Both the position numbers and the translations under genes were made by a program. A DNA stretch of 64,000 nucleotides, taken from contig LBSX01000004.1 in NCBI GenBank assembly GCA_000990355.1, positions 1,757 through 65,756 on the forward strand. Direction: 5' to 3'. How positions within the stretch are numbered: the stretch's first letter is position 1; each line of letters starts with the position of its first letter. The stretch is from Candidatus Magasanikbacteria bacterium GW2011_GWC2_37_14 (GTDB lineage: Bacteria; Patescibacteriota; Patescibacteriia; Magasanikbacterales; UBA922). The notes beneath the pieces were generated by a model. That model had not been told where the DNA came from, did not search any database, and worked only from the letters and a program-made list of their open reading frames with translations. Below are positions 47,567-56,821 of this stretch, piece after piece.

Positions 47567-48607
47567 ATGAATTATTCTGTTCTCACACCTTATTTAATAC
47601 CCAAAGAGTTAGAGGGTTATAAAATACAAAATATTGGCGATGGTTTTATTTTATTGGCCATTAAAAATATTCTAGAACCATTTAATGCTCTTTTTGAATT
47701 TTCAAGCAGAAAAATTTTGGTTCAAGAAGACTTTGACAAAATTAATTCTACTAAGGCTTTAATTGTAGCGGGTGCTAATCCGTTAAATGATGAATATACG
47801 ATAAGCCCTAGTTTGAATTTAGAATCATTAAAAAAAATTAAAGTACCAATTATTTTTTTAGGAGTAGGTTACAGTGGTCTTGATTCGTTAAATTTAAAAA
47901 TGACGAATTTAACAAAAAATATTCTTTTGCAAGTTCATTCGGGTATTGAATATAGTTCGTGGCGTTGCCCAATTACCGTAAGATATTTAGAAGCTAATAT
48001 TCCAGAAATAAAATCAAAATTTTTGATGACTGGTTGCCCTGTTATTTACGGAGAAAAACTTTTGTCGGGACAGCCATTTACTGATAACCCAGAGAGAATA
48101 GCCGTCACGATTACCGAGCGTGGTAATTGGTGGGGTAGAGAGAAGAAGACTATAGATTTTGTAGCGAATAAGTTTAAAGGTAAAGAATTATTTCTAGTAT
48201 TGCATCAGGATTTTACTAAGAAAAAATTAAAAACTAAGATTAAAGATTTGTTAAAATTAAATCCACCTGCCAGACTAATTCACTGGTATGCCCAATGTAA
48301 GGGTTTTAAAATAATTAAGCCAGTTTCGGTAGAAATTTGCCAACACTTTTATGACTCTTGTGATTTGCATATTGGTAGCAGGTTACATGCTCACTTGTAT
48401 TGTTTAAGCAATTGTTCCAAATCATTTTTAACCTATGTTGATGGAAGGGCTACAGGTTTTTCGGAATATTTAGGTTTTCCTGCTGTGGATGTTGATAATA
48501 TAGAATCATTTTTAGATTATGATTTTGAAATTTACAGAACTAATGTTTTAAAACATTATAAAAATATGAATTTTTTTATTAATTATCTAAAAGAAAAGAT
48601 TTTATGA
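47567..48607 (+). CDS. Polysaccharide pyruvyl transferase family
   Basis: NIGD, SWR, TGCP, IGSRLHA. Confidence 0.8.
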   Translation: MNYSVLTPYLIPKELEGYKIQNIGDGFILLAIKNILEPFNALFEFSSRKILVQEDFDKINSTKALIVAGANPLNDEYTISPSLNLESLKKIKVPIIFLGVGYSGLDSLNLKMTNLTKNILLQVHSGIEYSSWRCPITVRYLEANIPEIKSKFLMTGCPVIYGEKLLSGQPFTDNPERIAVTITERGNWWGREKKTIDFVANKFKGKELFLVLHQDFTKKKLKTKIKDLLKLNPPARLIHWYAQCKGFKIIKPVSVEICQHFYDSCDLHIGSRLHAHLYCLSNCSKSFLTYVDGRATGFSEYLGFPAVDVDNIESFLDYDFEIYRTNVLKHYKNMNFFINYLKEKIL

Positions 48608-49161
48608 GCCCAAAAGTTTTTAAGTGTTTTGAAAAAATTATTCAAAATTATTATGAGCAAAAGTCAAAACCGTTAAGCGTAATTGAGCTTGGCGCTTATT
48701 ACTGGAGTTTGCTTAAAATTGATACTTTTGCTAATTCTCGCAAAGTGGCTTTTAATCTCTCTTTTACTGATGGTGACAAATTAGCTCTAAAAGATTATGA
48801 AATAGTCGAAGGTAATATAAATAATTTACCATTTAAAGACAATGAACTTGATTGCATTTTATCCTGTTCGGTATTTGAACATGACAAATATTTTTGGAAG
48901 TCGTTTGCTGAAATAAATAGAGTAATTAAAATTGGTGGTTTGTTGGTTATAGGAGTACCAGTTTATGTTTCTCTAAAAACTGATTGTTTAAATACAACTT
49001 TAACTTATCACCGCCATGGAAAAAATTATAATGCTGATTTTTATCGATTTAGCGAACAGGCAGTTAGAGAAGTATTTTTTGAAGGATATAAAATAGTCGC
49101 CACTCAATTAGTGCGAAGATATCCCAATCCTTATTTGATAATGGCGGGTATAAAACTCTAA
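48604..49161 (+). CDS. Class I SAM methyltransferase
   Basis: VIELGA, LPFKDNELD, SVFEHD, DFYRF. Confidence 0.8.
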   Translation: MSPKVFKCFEKIIQNYYEQKSKPLSVIELGAYYWSLLKIDTFANSRKVAFNLSFTDGDKLALKDYEIVEGNINNLPFKDNELDCILSCSVFEHDKYFWKSFAEINRVIKIGGLLVIGVPVYVSLKTDCLNTTLTYHRHGKNYNADFYRFSEQAVREVFFEGYKIVATQLVRRYPNPYLIMAGIKL

Positions 49162-49195
49162 TTATTTATTACCCTATTTATTTTATAGAAGCAGT

Positions 49196-50590
49196 TTAGG
49201 CCCGAGCAAATAGCTGGTTTTTGAGAGAAGAAAAAAGTTTTTTTAATTTATAAAAAGTTTCTTGGGCATATTCTCTGGCTACATAAAAAGCGAAGTGGCT
49301 GTAAGGATGTTTGATCGTGTAAATAAGTTTTGCTTTGTTAAATTTTTTTACAGCTTTTCTTTGCAAAGTAACAATTTCTTCTTTGGTAAAATTTTCAGTT
49401 TCAAAACAAGGATCAAATCTAGTGAAATCAAAGTCTCGATCTATTTCATATCCCATATTAATCGTTTGATCATAAATTTCAGTATTGGGAAGTGGGGTGA
49501 GAACAGAAAATTGGGCGTCATAGGGCAAAATCTGGCAAGCAAAATCAATGGTGTCTTCGATCATTTTTTTTGTTTCCCAGGGAAAGCCAATCATCATATA
49601 AGCTTTGGAAACTATACCAACTTTTCTACATAAAGACATGGCCTTTGCCGATTCCTCAGGTTTAATCATTTTATTTATTCTTAGAAGTGTTTCCGGAGAA
49701 CTAGATTCAATACCAAAAGCAATTTCTTGACAGCCAGCTTTTTTCATTAGCCGCATTAAATATTCATCTAAGACATTTACTCGGGATAGGCAACGCCACA
49801 ATATTTTTAATTTTTTTTCTAATATTAAATTACAAATATCAATTAGCCTTTGTTTATCGACTGTAAAATTATCATCATAAATTATAAAAGCCCGATAATT
49901 AAAAGTATTGTATAAGTATTCAATTTCAGCTATTACGTTTTTGGCACTACGGCGTCTATAAATTTTTCCATGAAAGTCATGGAAACAAAAAGAACATCTA
50001 AATGGACAACCACGAGAAGTTATAATGTTGGTAGCTTTTTTTAGAAAGAATTTAGAGTTATATCTTGGTAGATTAAATATTGATCGATCTACTATTGGTA
50101 TTGTATCAAGGTCTTTGATTATTGGTTCTGCTTCACTAGTAATTACTTCTTCGCCTTTTTTGTACACCAAATTGGTCACTTGTTCTAATGATATTTTTTC
50201 ATCTAAATAATCTAGCAGTTTAAGAAAAGTTTTTTCACTTTCACCTTTAAGGACAAAAGTTTTAATTTGTTCAACAGTTTTTCTTTTTAAATATTCTTCG
50301 GGTTCAGAAGTTGATTGGGGGCCACCGAATACCACATTGTAGTCTTTTAGTAGCTCAGCAATTTTAAGAGCTTCTTTTTTTGAACGAATAGTTGAAGTAA
50401 TACCTACTAATTTTGGATTATGTTGTTTGATTTCCACAATTAAATCAGCATATTTTTTTTGTTCTATTTCTAAATCTATAATTTTAACACTGTGTCCGGC
50501 AACTTTTGCTACTGTACCAATATAGCCCAGGCCCAAAGGAGGAAAGTTGTCATAGCCTACAGTTTTTGGTTGAATTAAACAAATATTCAT
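49196..50590 (-). CDS. Cobalamin-binding radical SAM protein
   Basis: PPLGLGYI, VFGGPQ, SRGCPFRCSFC, GIESS, MIGFPWET. Confidence 0.92.
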   Translation of the reverse strand: MNICLIQPKTVGYDNFPPLGLGYIGTVAKVAGHSVKIIDLEIEQKKYADLIVEIKQHNPKLVGITSTIRSKKEALKIAELLKDYNVVFGGPQSTSEPEEYLKRKTVEQIKTFVLKGESEKTFLKLLDYLDEKISLEQVTNLVYKKGEEVITSEAEPIIKDLDTIPIVDRSIFNLPRYNSKFFLKKATNIITSRGCPFRCSFCFHDFHGKIYRRRSAKNVIAEIEYLYNTFNYRAFIIYDDNFTVDKQRLIDICNLILEKKLKILWRCLSRVNVLDEYLMRLMKKAGCQEIAFGIESSSPETLLRINKMIKPEESAKAMSLCRKVGIVSKAYMMIGFPWETKKMIEDTIDFACQILPYDAQFSVLTPLPNTEIYDQTINMGYEIDRDFDFTRFDPCFETENFTKEEIVTLQRKAVKKFNKAKLIYTIKHPYSHFAFYVAREYAQETFYKLKKLFSSLKNQLFARA

Positions 50591-51897
50591 AGGTTTGTTG
50601 TTTCTAGTGATTTCTTAGTAGTTTCTTTTAATGATATTATTGTTGCTAATACTAAATTAAAAATGCCAGCTAATAGTTTTCCGGTCATGATTCCTATAAT
50701 TCCCAGTGGGCTTAACAAAACAATTGCCGAAATTTGAATAATGGAACTGGTTATGGATAAATGTAATATTTTTTTCTGACTTTTTTTGGCGTATAAAACC
50801 GAGTAGGGAATAATAGTCGCCGAAGTAATTAAAATTAATGAATAAATTTGTGAATAAGCAATTGATTCAAGATAATTAGGGAAAAATAGTTTATAAATTA
50901 TAGGAGAGATTATTATATAAATAATAATTAGTGGGATAATAATAAAAATTAATTTGAGTATTGAGGGGAGTATTTTAGCTTGCCAATTTTTTTTATCGGA
51001 ATTTAAAAATTTTGTAAAAACCATTATTTGTAAAGACCTTAGCATGTCTTTCATTATTTCTGGTGGAATAACTGCAAAAAGAAAAATAGCTACCTCTTTG
51101 GCTCCCAGGTAATGGAAGATCAGTATTTTATCAAATTGTTCAGAGATTGTTTCTAGAGCGTTAATGACTGACAAATTTTTTCCATATTTAACAATTGATT
51201 TGCCGGTTGTTAAGTTGGAAGTTATCTCAGGGTTTGGGTCATTTTTTATTTTTTTAAATGTAAATTTTAGTATTATTAAATTGGTAAGAGTAATAACTGT
51301 AAAATAAACAATTAGCAAAGTAAGTATGTTGGTTGTTTGTGTAATGGTAATTATCATTGCTAAAAGATAAACTATTTTGCTAATAGTTTGGTAATAGTTT
51401 AGTTTTTTAAATTCATTTTTTCCATTAAGAATATTTACATAAATAGTAGAAGAATAAAAAAGAGGTATAAAAAAACTACTAATTAAAAAGCAAGTGAACA
51501 AAAGATTGTCGCCTTGGTAATAATAATATGCAGATAATAAGATACTAACAACTGTGCCAATAATTCCATATTGATTTTTTTTCCAAAAACAAAATAAAAT
51601 ATCTTTTTTTGTTGTCCCGGTAATCACTGCTTGGGTTATGGCTGTGGACATTCCTTGCAAAGTTATAATGGCAATTACTCCTATTACCGATAAGATAAAT
51701 TTGTATAATCCATAAGTTTCTTTAGGTAGATTATGGGCAATAAAGACTGATAAAACAAAATTAATTAAAGCCCCAATAATTTGGTTGGAAGTAAGCCAAA
51801 AACTGCCTTTGGCAAAATAAAGCATGTCAATTCGGGTGTATTTTTGGCTCCAAATTAGCGCTGTCTTGATTTTTTCTCTAATTTTGTTAAAATTCAT
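50587..51897 (-). CDS. Wzx-like oligosaccharide flippase
   Basis: About 12 TMs; ETYGLY, FDKILIFHYLG; ATG 51897 preferred. Confidence 0.85.
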   Translation of the reverse strand: MNFNKIREKIKTALIWSQKYTRIDMLYFAKGSFWLTSNQIIGALINFVLSVFIAHNLPKETYGLYKFILSVIGVIAIITLQGMSTAITQAVITGTTKKDILFCFWKKNQYGIIGTVVSILLSAYYYYQGDNLLFTCFLISSFFIPLFYSSTIYVNILNGKNEFKKLNYYQTISKIVYLLAMIITITQTTNILTLLIVYFTVITLTNLIILKFTFKKIKNDPNPEITSNLTTGKSIVKYGKNLSVINALETISEQFDKILIFHYLGAKEVAIFLFAVIPPEIMKDMLRSLQIMVFTKFLNSDKKNWQAKILPSILKLIFIIIPLIIIYIIISPIIYKLFFPNYLESIAYSQIYSLILITSATIIPYSVLYAKKSQKKILHLSITSSIIQISAIVLLSPLGIIGIMTGKLLAGIFNLVLATIISLKETTKKSLETTNL

Positions 51898-51953
51898 ATG
51901 TTCGTTTTTAATTTTAGCATAAATAGGCTTAAAAGCCAATTACTTTAGGGTTT

Positions 51954-52697
51954 ATGAAAAAAATAGGAATAATCGGTGGCTCGGGTTTAGAAAATTTAGA
52001 GTTAACGGGAAAAGTTCAAAATTTGGTTGTTAATACTCCTTATGGCAGTGTGCCTTTAAAAATTATTAGTTTTTCTGAAAAAGAAATAGTTATTTTGTCT
52101 CGTCATGGTATCAATCACATTATTCCTCCCACGCAAATTAATTTTCGGGCCAATATTTTTGCTTTAAAAGAATATGGTTGCGATTGTGTTTTGGCCACCA
52201 CTGCTGTAGGCTCTTTGCGCGAAGAAATCAAACGAGGTGATTTGGTAATTCTGGATCAATTTATAGATTTTACCAAACATCGCTTGGCTACTTTTTATGA
52301 ATCATTTGAACCAAATAAACCTGTGCATACGGCTATGGCTGATCCTTTTTCCGTATTTTTAAGAGAAAAATTAATTGAGAATTGTCAGAAATTAAATTTT
52401 TCGTTTCATAAAAAAGGTACAGTGGTAACTATCGAAGGTCCGCGTTTTTCTACGAGAGCCGAAAGCAAAATGTTTAAAATGTGGGGAGCCGAGGTAATTA
52501 ATATGAGCACTGCTCCTGAAGTAATTTTGTGTAATGAAGTAGGTTTGCCTTATGCCTCCGTAGCTATGTCCACAGATTATGATTGTTGGAAAGAAGATGA
52601 AGAACAAGTGTCTTGGGAAGGAATTGCTAAAATTTTTGGGGAAAATGTAAAAAAAGTTACTGATTTGCTAGAAGCAACAATTTTAAGTTTAGAATAA
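51954..52697 (+). CDS. mtnP: 5'-methylthioadenosine phosphorylase
   Basis: IGIIGGSG, RHG..H.IPP..INFRANI, EGPRFSTRAES, INMS, TDYDCW. Confidence 0.9.
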   Translation: MKKIGIIGGSGLENLELTGKVQNLVVNTPYGSVPLKIISFSEKEIVILSRHGINHIIPPTQINFRANIFALKEYGCDCVLATTAVGSLREEIKRGDLVILDQFIDFTKHRLATFYESFEPNKPVHTAMADPFSVFLREKLIENCQKLNFSFHKKGTVVTIEGPRFSTRAESKMFKMWGAEVINMSTAPEVILCNEVGLPYASVAMSTDYDCWKEDEEQVSWEGIAKIFGENVKKVTDLLEATILSLE

Positions 52698-52699
52698 AT

Positions 52700-53233
52700 A
52701 TGAATGATTTTATAAAAGAAAAAATTAGAACTATACCTAATTGGCCAAAAGCAGGGGTAATGTTTAGAGATATTACTACGTTGTTAAAAGATCCTGCTGG
52801 TTTTCAAGAAGTAATGAAACTTTTTTTTGAACGTTTTCAGAATGAAAAAATAGACAAAATTGTTGGTGTGGAATCTCGGGGTTTTATTATTGGTGGGGCT
52901 TTGGCCGATAGATTAAAAATTGGTTTTGTGCCAGTACGTAAAATTGGCAAGTTGCCAGCCGAAACTATTACCGAAGATTATGAATTAGAATATGGCAGTA
53001 ACAAATTACAGATTCATCTTGATGCTATAAACCCTGGAGAAAAGATTTTAATTATTGATGATTTGTTGGCTACTGGTGGAACAGCTTTGGCGACTTGTAA
53101 GCTAGTTAAAAATTTAGGAGGAGAAATTGTGGAATGTGCTTTTATCATAAATTTGCCCGATTTAGGTGGAAGTGATAAACTTAAAAAACATGATTTTAAA
53201 GTTTTTAATTTAGTGGAATTTTTAGGTGAATAA
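52700..53233 (+). CDS. apt: Adenine phosphoribosyltransferase
   Basis: WPKAGVMFRDITTLL, ESRGF, RKIGKLP, YELEYG, IIDDLLATGGT. Confidence 0.96.
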   Translation: MNDFIKEKIRTIPNWPKAGVMFRDITTLLKDPAGFQEVMKLFFERFQNEKIDKIVGVESRGFIIGGALADRLKIGFVPVRKIGKLPAETITEDYELEYGSNKLQIHLDAINPGEKILIIDDLLATGGTALATCKLVKNLGGEIVECAFIINLPDLGGSDKLKKHDFKVFNLVEFLGE

Positions 53234-53298
53234 TTGGTTGTGCCATTTATCCACACCCTCATCTTTACCAATTACGGAGGGTGATCATAAATTGAGTA

Positions 53299-53428
53299 TA
53301 AGACGTTTCTGTTTTTTATCATTTTTGATAAAAAACAGAAACGTCTTACTATCAAAGTTATTCGCAATGGGATATATTTGGCAGGTTGTTTCCAGATTAG
53401 TATAATTATTATACTAATCTGGAAACAA
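53299..53428. repeat. Two long perfect AT-rich inverted repeats
   Basis: 23-bp arms 53299-53321/53326-53348; 21-bp arms 53386-53406/53408-53428. Confidence 0.9.
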
Positions 53429-53509
53429 TTGTATAATTGAAGAATTAGAGGAAAAAGCAAAAAATTTTCTTATCAGACAAAAATTAAGTGGAAAGTATAA
53501 TTTGCGCCT

Positions 53510-54673
53510 ATGTTTAAAAAAATAAATAGTGATTATACTTATAATTTTTCGGTTGAAGAAGAAGGTCTTTATTCAATTTCTATTTCTGCTACTTGTAAAA
53601 AAAAGAATTATTTAAGAGTAGAAATTGATGACTTGGCTTTAAAAGGTTTATTACCAAAGAGCAAGAATGAACATTTTAATATTCCACCTGCCTGGAATGG
53701 TAATGAATTGAAAGGTGTTTTGAAGACAGTTGTTTTTATTTTAAAATTGTCTAAAGGCAAACAAAGTTTAAAATTTGTTCCCAAAGGAGAAGCAGAGATT
53801 AGTTTTGAACCTGAAGTAGTTTTGTTGGCTAAAAGTGGTTTAATAACCCTATTTAAAGATCTTAAAAGTGAAGAAAGAAATTGTCAACCGTGGATAACTG
53901 TAGCCCTAATTAATTTGCCTTTGCCAATTTTGGATGCTTCAATTAGTTGTCAAAAAAAGTTTTTAGATAGTGACGAGGCTAAATTAATCATCGATGGTCA
54001 AATTCAAAAAAATACCCAAACTATTTTGCGAGGAAAAAATTGGTTTTGGAGGGGTTGGCAGCTTAAAGGAAAAATTTTGACTTCTAGATTTTATCCAAAT
54101 TTACCAGCGGGGGTTCACTATATAGAATTATGGGCAGACAGAACACCGATTTTAAAAAGTTTGGATATCCTAGTAGTTAAAGAAGTTTCAATAAAAAGAA
54201 TTCCCACAGTTGAGAACCCCGAGTGGACTGGCAATTTTCTTGATGATCCAGAGGAAATTATATTAGCTAGATTAATTTTTGGAGAAGCTAATAATCAACC
54301 ATCTGAAGCCAAAGTTTGGGTTGGCTGGTCGGTGATTAACAGAACAAAAGCAAAATCGTGGTGGCCGGATAATATTCACGGTGTTGTCTTGCAAATTGGT
54401 CAATATGACGCTTTTAAATTGAGTGACAGAAATTTTTCTAAAATCATCAATCCTTTGGGTTTTAATAATGTTGGTCAATCAGATAAAAAAAGTTGGTATG
54501 AATGTTATGAAATTGCTGAGAAAATTATTTTAGGAAAAATTGAAAATCCGACAGAAGCAACCCATTTTCATGGTGTTGGAGTTAGTAAAGATTGGTTCGA
54601 AAAACATCAAGTTCCAAAGGGAAATTTTTTAAAAAAAATAGGTGATACTTACTTTTATTGGAGTCCGAATTAA
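53510..54673 (+). CDS. Protein with C-terminal SleB/Hydrolase_2 cell wall hydrolase domain
   Basis: LARLIFGEANNQ..VGWSVINR..WPDNIHGVVLQIGQYDAF..PTEATHFH..IGDTYFY. Confidence 0.82.
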   Translation: MFKKINSDYTYNFSVEEEGLYSISISATCKKKNYLRVEIDDLALKGLLPKSKNEHFNIPPAWNGNELKGVLKTVVFILKLSKGKQSLKFVPKGEAEISFEPEVVLLAKSGLITLFKDLKSEERNCQPWITVALINLPLPILDASISCQKKFLDSDEAKLIIDGQIQKNTQTILRGKNWFWRGWQLKGKILTSRFYPNLPAGVHYIELWADRTPILKSLDILVVKEVSIKRIPTVENPEWTGNFLDDPEEIILARLIFGEANNQPSEAKVWVGWSVINRTKAKSWWPDNIHGVVLQIGQYDAFKLSDRNFSKIINPLGFNNVGQSDKKSWYECYEIAEKIILGKIENPTEATHFHGVGVSKDWFEKHQVPKGNFLKKIGDTYFYWSPN

Positions 54674-54680
54674 AGAAAAT

Positions 54681-55178
54681 ATGATGTACAAATTTGGCAA
54701 AATTATTTTCTTTTTCATATTATTTTTAATCTTTGGTTTAACCATTGTTTTTTCAATTTGTCCTTCTTTATTAGTTTATATATACAGAGGTGATGATGAA
54801 AAAACTATTTGGGTTGAAACAAAATATTTCCCAATTAAAAAAAATATTTTCAGCACAAATTATTTGATAGCACCAAATGTGGAATGGTCACCTAATGGTA
54901 CATATTTTTCTTTTTATGATTATGTGAGACTAGAATGGGCTACTAAAGAATGGGCGTTAAAGATTATTAATGCCAGAACTTTTAGAATAAAAACTATTTT
55001 CATAGGTGATTATAAAACTAGTGAATATAAATGGATTGATAATGAAAATGTAAGGGTCTATGAAGATGCTGGTAGTGGAGTAAGAATTTATCGGGACATA
55101 AATATTAATGTACCTGAACCATTTATTGCTACTGATCATGCTTCACCGGAATATTGGACACCAGAAAAAACATTTTAA
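54681..55178 (+). CDS. Membrane-anchored hypothetical protein
   Basis: ATG 7 bp after hydrolase stop; N-terminal TM; VEWSPNG. Confidence 0.7.
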   Translation: MMYKFGKIIFFFILFLIFGLTIVFSICPSLLVYIYRGDDEKTIWVETKYFPIKKNIFSTNYLIAPNVEWSPNGTYFSFYDYVRLEWATKEWALKIINARTFRIKTIFIGDYKTSEYKWIDNENVRVYEDAGSGVRIYRDININVPEPFIATDHASPEYWTPEKTF

Positions 55179-55220
55179 TTTTTTAAATTAATATTTTATT
55201 TATAGTGAATTTATTGAACT

Positions 55221-56711
55221 ATGAAAATACTTTATATTGGTTCGGGGTTTGTGGGTGCTTGTAGTGCGGCGGTATCGGCCGACAGTGGCCACGAGACTTT
55301 GGTCTACGATATTGATCAAAGAAAAATTGATCTTTTGTCGTCTGGCGATCGTGATACCATTCAATCTTGCCTATACGAAGAAGGGCTAGGGGATTTGCTT
55401 ATTCGTAATCGCGAACGAATTAAATTTACTACCGATTATGCGCTTGTGGAAGAGTTTTTAAATACGGCCGAAGCAGTTTTTATGTGCTTGCCTACGCCAG
55501 AAATTGGTGAAACTGGTGAGAGTAATTTAAGTTATTATTTTTCTGCTGCCGAAAAATTGGCTGAGAGTCTTTTGAAACGCAATAAAAATAAGCAAACTCA
55601 ATACATCGTGATTATCAACAAGAGCACTGTGCCAATTGATATGATAAATAAAACTGCGGAAATTATGGATAAAAGCCAAGTAAAAAATTATGGTGTGGTT
55701 TCTAACCCAGAATTTTTGGTAGAAGGCAAAGCAGTGCAAGATTCACTTCACCCCGATCGCGTGGTAGTAGGTGCTTGGACCGAAAAAGATTTTGCGATTA
55801 TGCGTCAAGTTTATAATCGTTTTTATAATTCGGCAAATGTAAAATATTTGGAAGTAAATCCCAAAGAAGCGGCGGCCGGAAAATTATTGGCCAATTTTAC
55901 TTTGTTTAATAAATTGGCAATTTGTTTTGATGTAATTGGCCGTACTTGTGAAACTTTTAGCGATTTAAAATTTGAAAATTTACGGCAGATTTTAACTAGC
56001 GACCCTCGTATTGGCACTTGGGGTATGTATGATAGTTTGTATGCTGGTGGTAGTTGTTTTATCAAAGATGCGCGTTCATTGTCGCACCAATTACAAACTG
56101 CGGGGCAAAACGCGGTAATGGTCAATGAAACTTATTTGGCCAACAAGCGCCAATTGGAATTGTTTATGAGTCGGGCAGAGAAAGAAGTCCTTCGACCAGC
56201 TCAGGATAAATCTAATTTTTCTTGGACTGGTAAAAAAGTTGCCTTACTTGGTTTGGCTTTTAAACAAGCCACCAATGATATTCGTAATTCTCCGGCAATT
56301 GATATTGTACGGATTTTACAAGAAAAACAAGTAGGTGAGATTCGTTGTTTTGATCCAGCGGCAATGTTTTGGTTTAAAACAATATTTCCCGAAAATGAAC
56401 AGATGAAGTATTGTGAGAGTGAGGTAGATTGTCTTGGTTCGGTCTCCCCCTTAACAAAGGGGGACGAAGGGGGATATTCGCCAACAACCCCCCAACCCCC
56501 CTTTATTAAGGGGGGGAATAGTGACTGTATTGTTGACGTTGTCATCATCGCCACAGACTGGCCACAATTTAGAAATTTAACTACTAGTTTATTAAATTTA
56601 AAAAACAAACCACTTATAATGGACGGCCGGCGCATGCTCTCGGGAGATTACGAAAAATTAAAAGAAAATGGTTTTGTAGTTATTCCAGTTGGGGGACAGG
56701 TAGTGAAGTAA
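55221..56711 (+). CDS. ugd: UDP-glucose/GDP-mannose dehydrogenase with two in-frame inserts
   Basis: GSGFVG, KSTVP, SNPEFLVEG, GGSCFIKD, GLAFK..TNDIRNSP, TDWPQF, DGRR. Confidence 0.92.
   Translation: MKILYIGSGFVGACSAAVSADSGHETLVYDIDQRKIDLLSSGDRDTIQSCLYEEGLGDLLIRNRERIKFTTDYALVEEFLNTAEAVFMCLPTPEIGETGESNLSYYFSAAEKLAESLLKRNKNKQTQYIVIINKSTVPIDMINKTAEIMDKSQVKNYGVVSNPEFLVEGKAVQDSLHPDRVVVGAWTEKDFAIMRQVYNRFYNSANVKYLEVNPKEAAAGKLLANFTLFNKLAICFDVIGRTCETFSDLKFENLRQILTSDPRIGTWGMYDSLYAGGSCFIKDARSLSHQLQTAGQNAVMVNETYLANKRQLELFMSRAEKEVLRPAQDKSNFSWTGKKVALLGLAFKQATNDIRNSPAIDIVRILQEKQVGEIRCFDPAAMFWFKTIFPENEQMKYCESEVDCLGSVSPLTKGDEGGYSPTTPQPPFIKGGNSDCIVDVVIIATDWPQFRNLTTSLLNLKNKPLIMDGRRMLSGDYEKLKENGFVVIPVGGQVVK
56187..56210 (+). 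repeat. Family E element, in frame in ugd
   Basis: GTCCTTCGACCAGCTCAGGATAAA = VLRPAQDK. Confidence 0.7.
56445..56517. repeat. Full family C element, in frame in ugd
   Basis: Encodes SPLTKGDEGGYSPTTPQPPFIKGG; inverted homolog of 7236-7360. Confidence 0.9.
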
Positions 56712-56722
56712 AAAATTATTTT

Positions 56723-56753
56723 GTAGAGACGTCCCGAATGCGGGACGTCTCTA
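56723..56753 (+). repeat. GTAG-type REP-like palindrome, may also terminate ugd
   Basis: GTAGAGACGTCCCG-aatg-CGGGACGTCTCTA. Confidence 0.75.
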
Positions 56754-56761
56754 TTTTATTA

Positions 56762-56791
56762 TTGACAAAAATATTTTTTAGTGTTTAAATT
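56762..56791 (+). promoter_or_regulatory. Sigma70 promoter of GC-rich islet 2
   Basis: TTGACA-18 bp-TAAATT immediately before the GC shift. Confidence 0.55.
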
Positions 56792-56821
56792 AGTTTGCGT
56801 GAACCACGTCCCGAGGGACAA

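Noticed and set aside
53247-53255. TTATCCACA as replication origin
   Set aside because: Single box, no cluster or dnaA; the 9-mer also occurs inside genes
53272-53460. 62-aa minus ORF
   Set aside because: Runs through the two inverted repeats; no protein-like features
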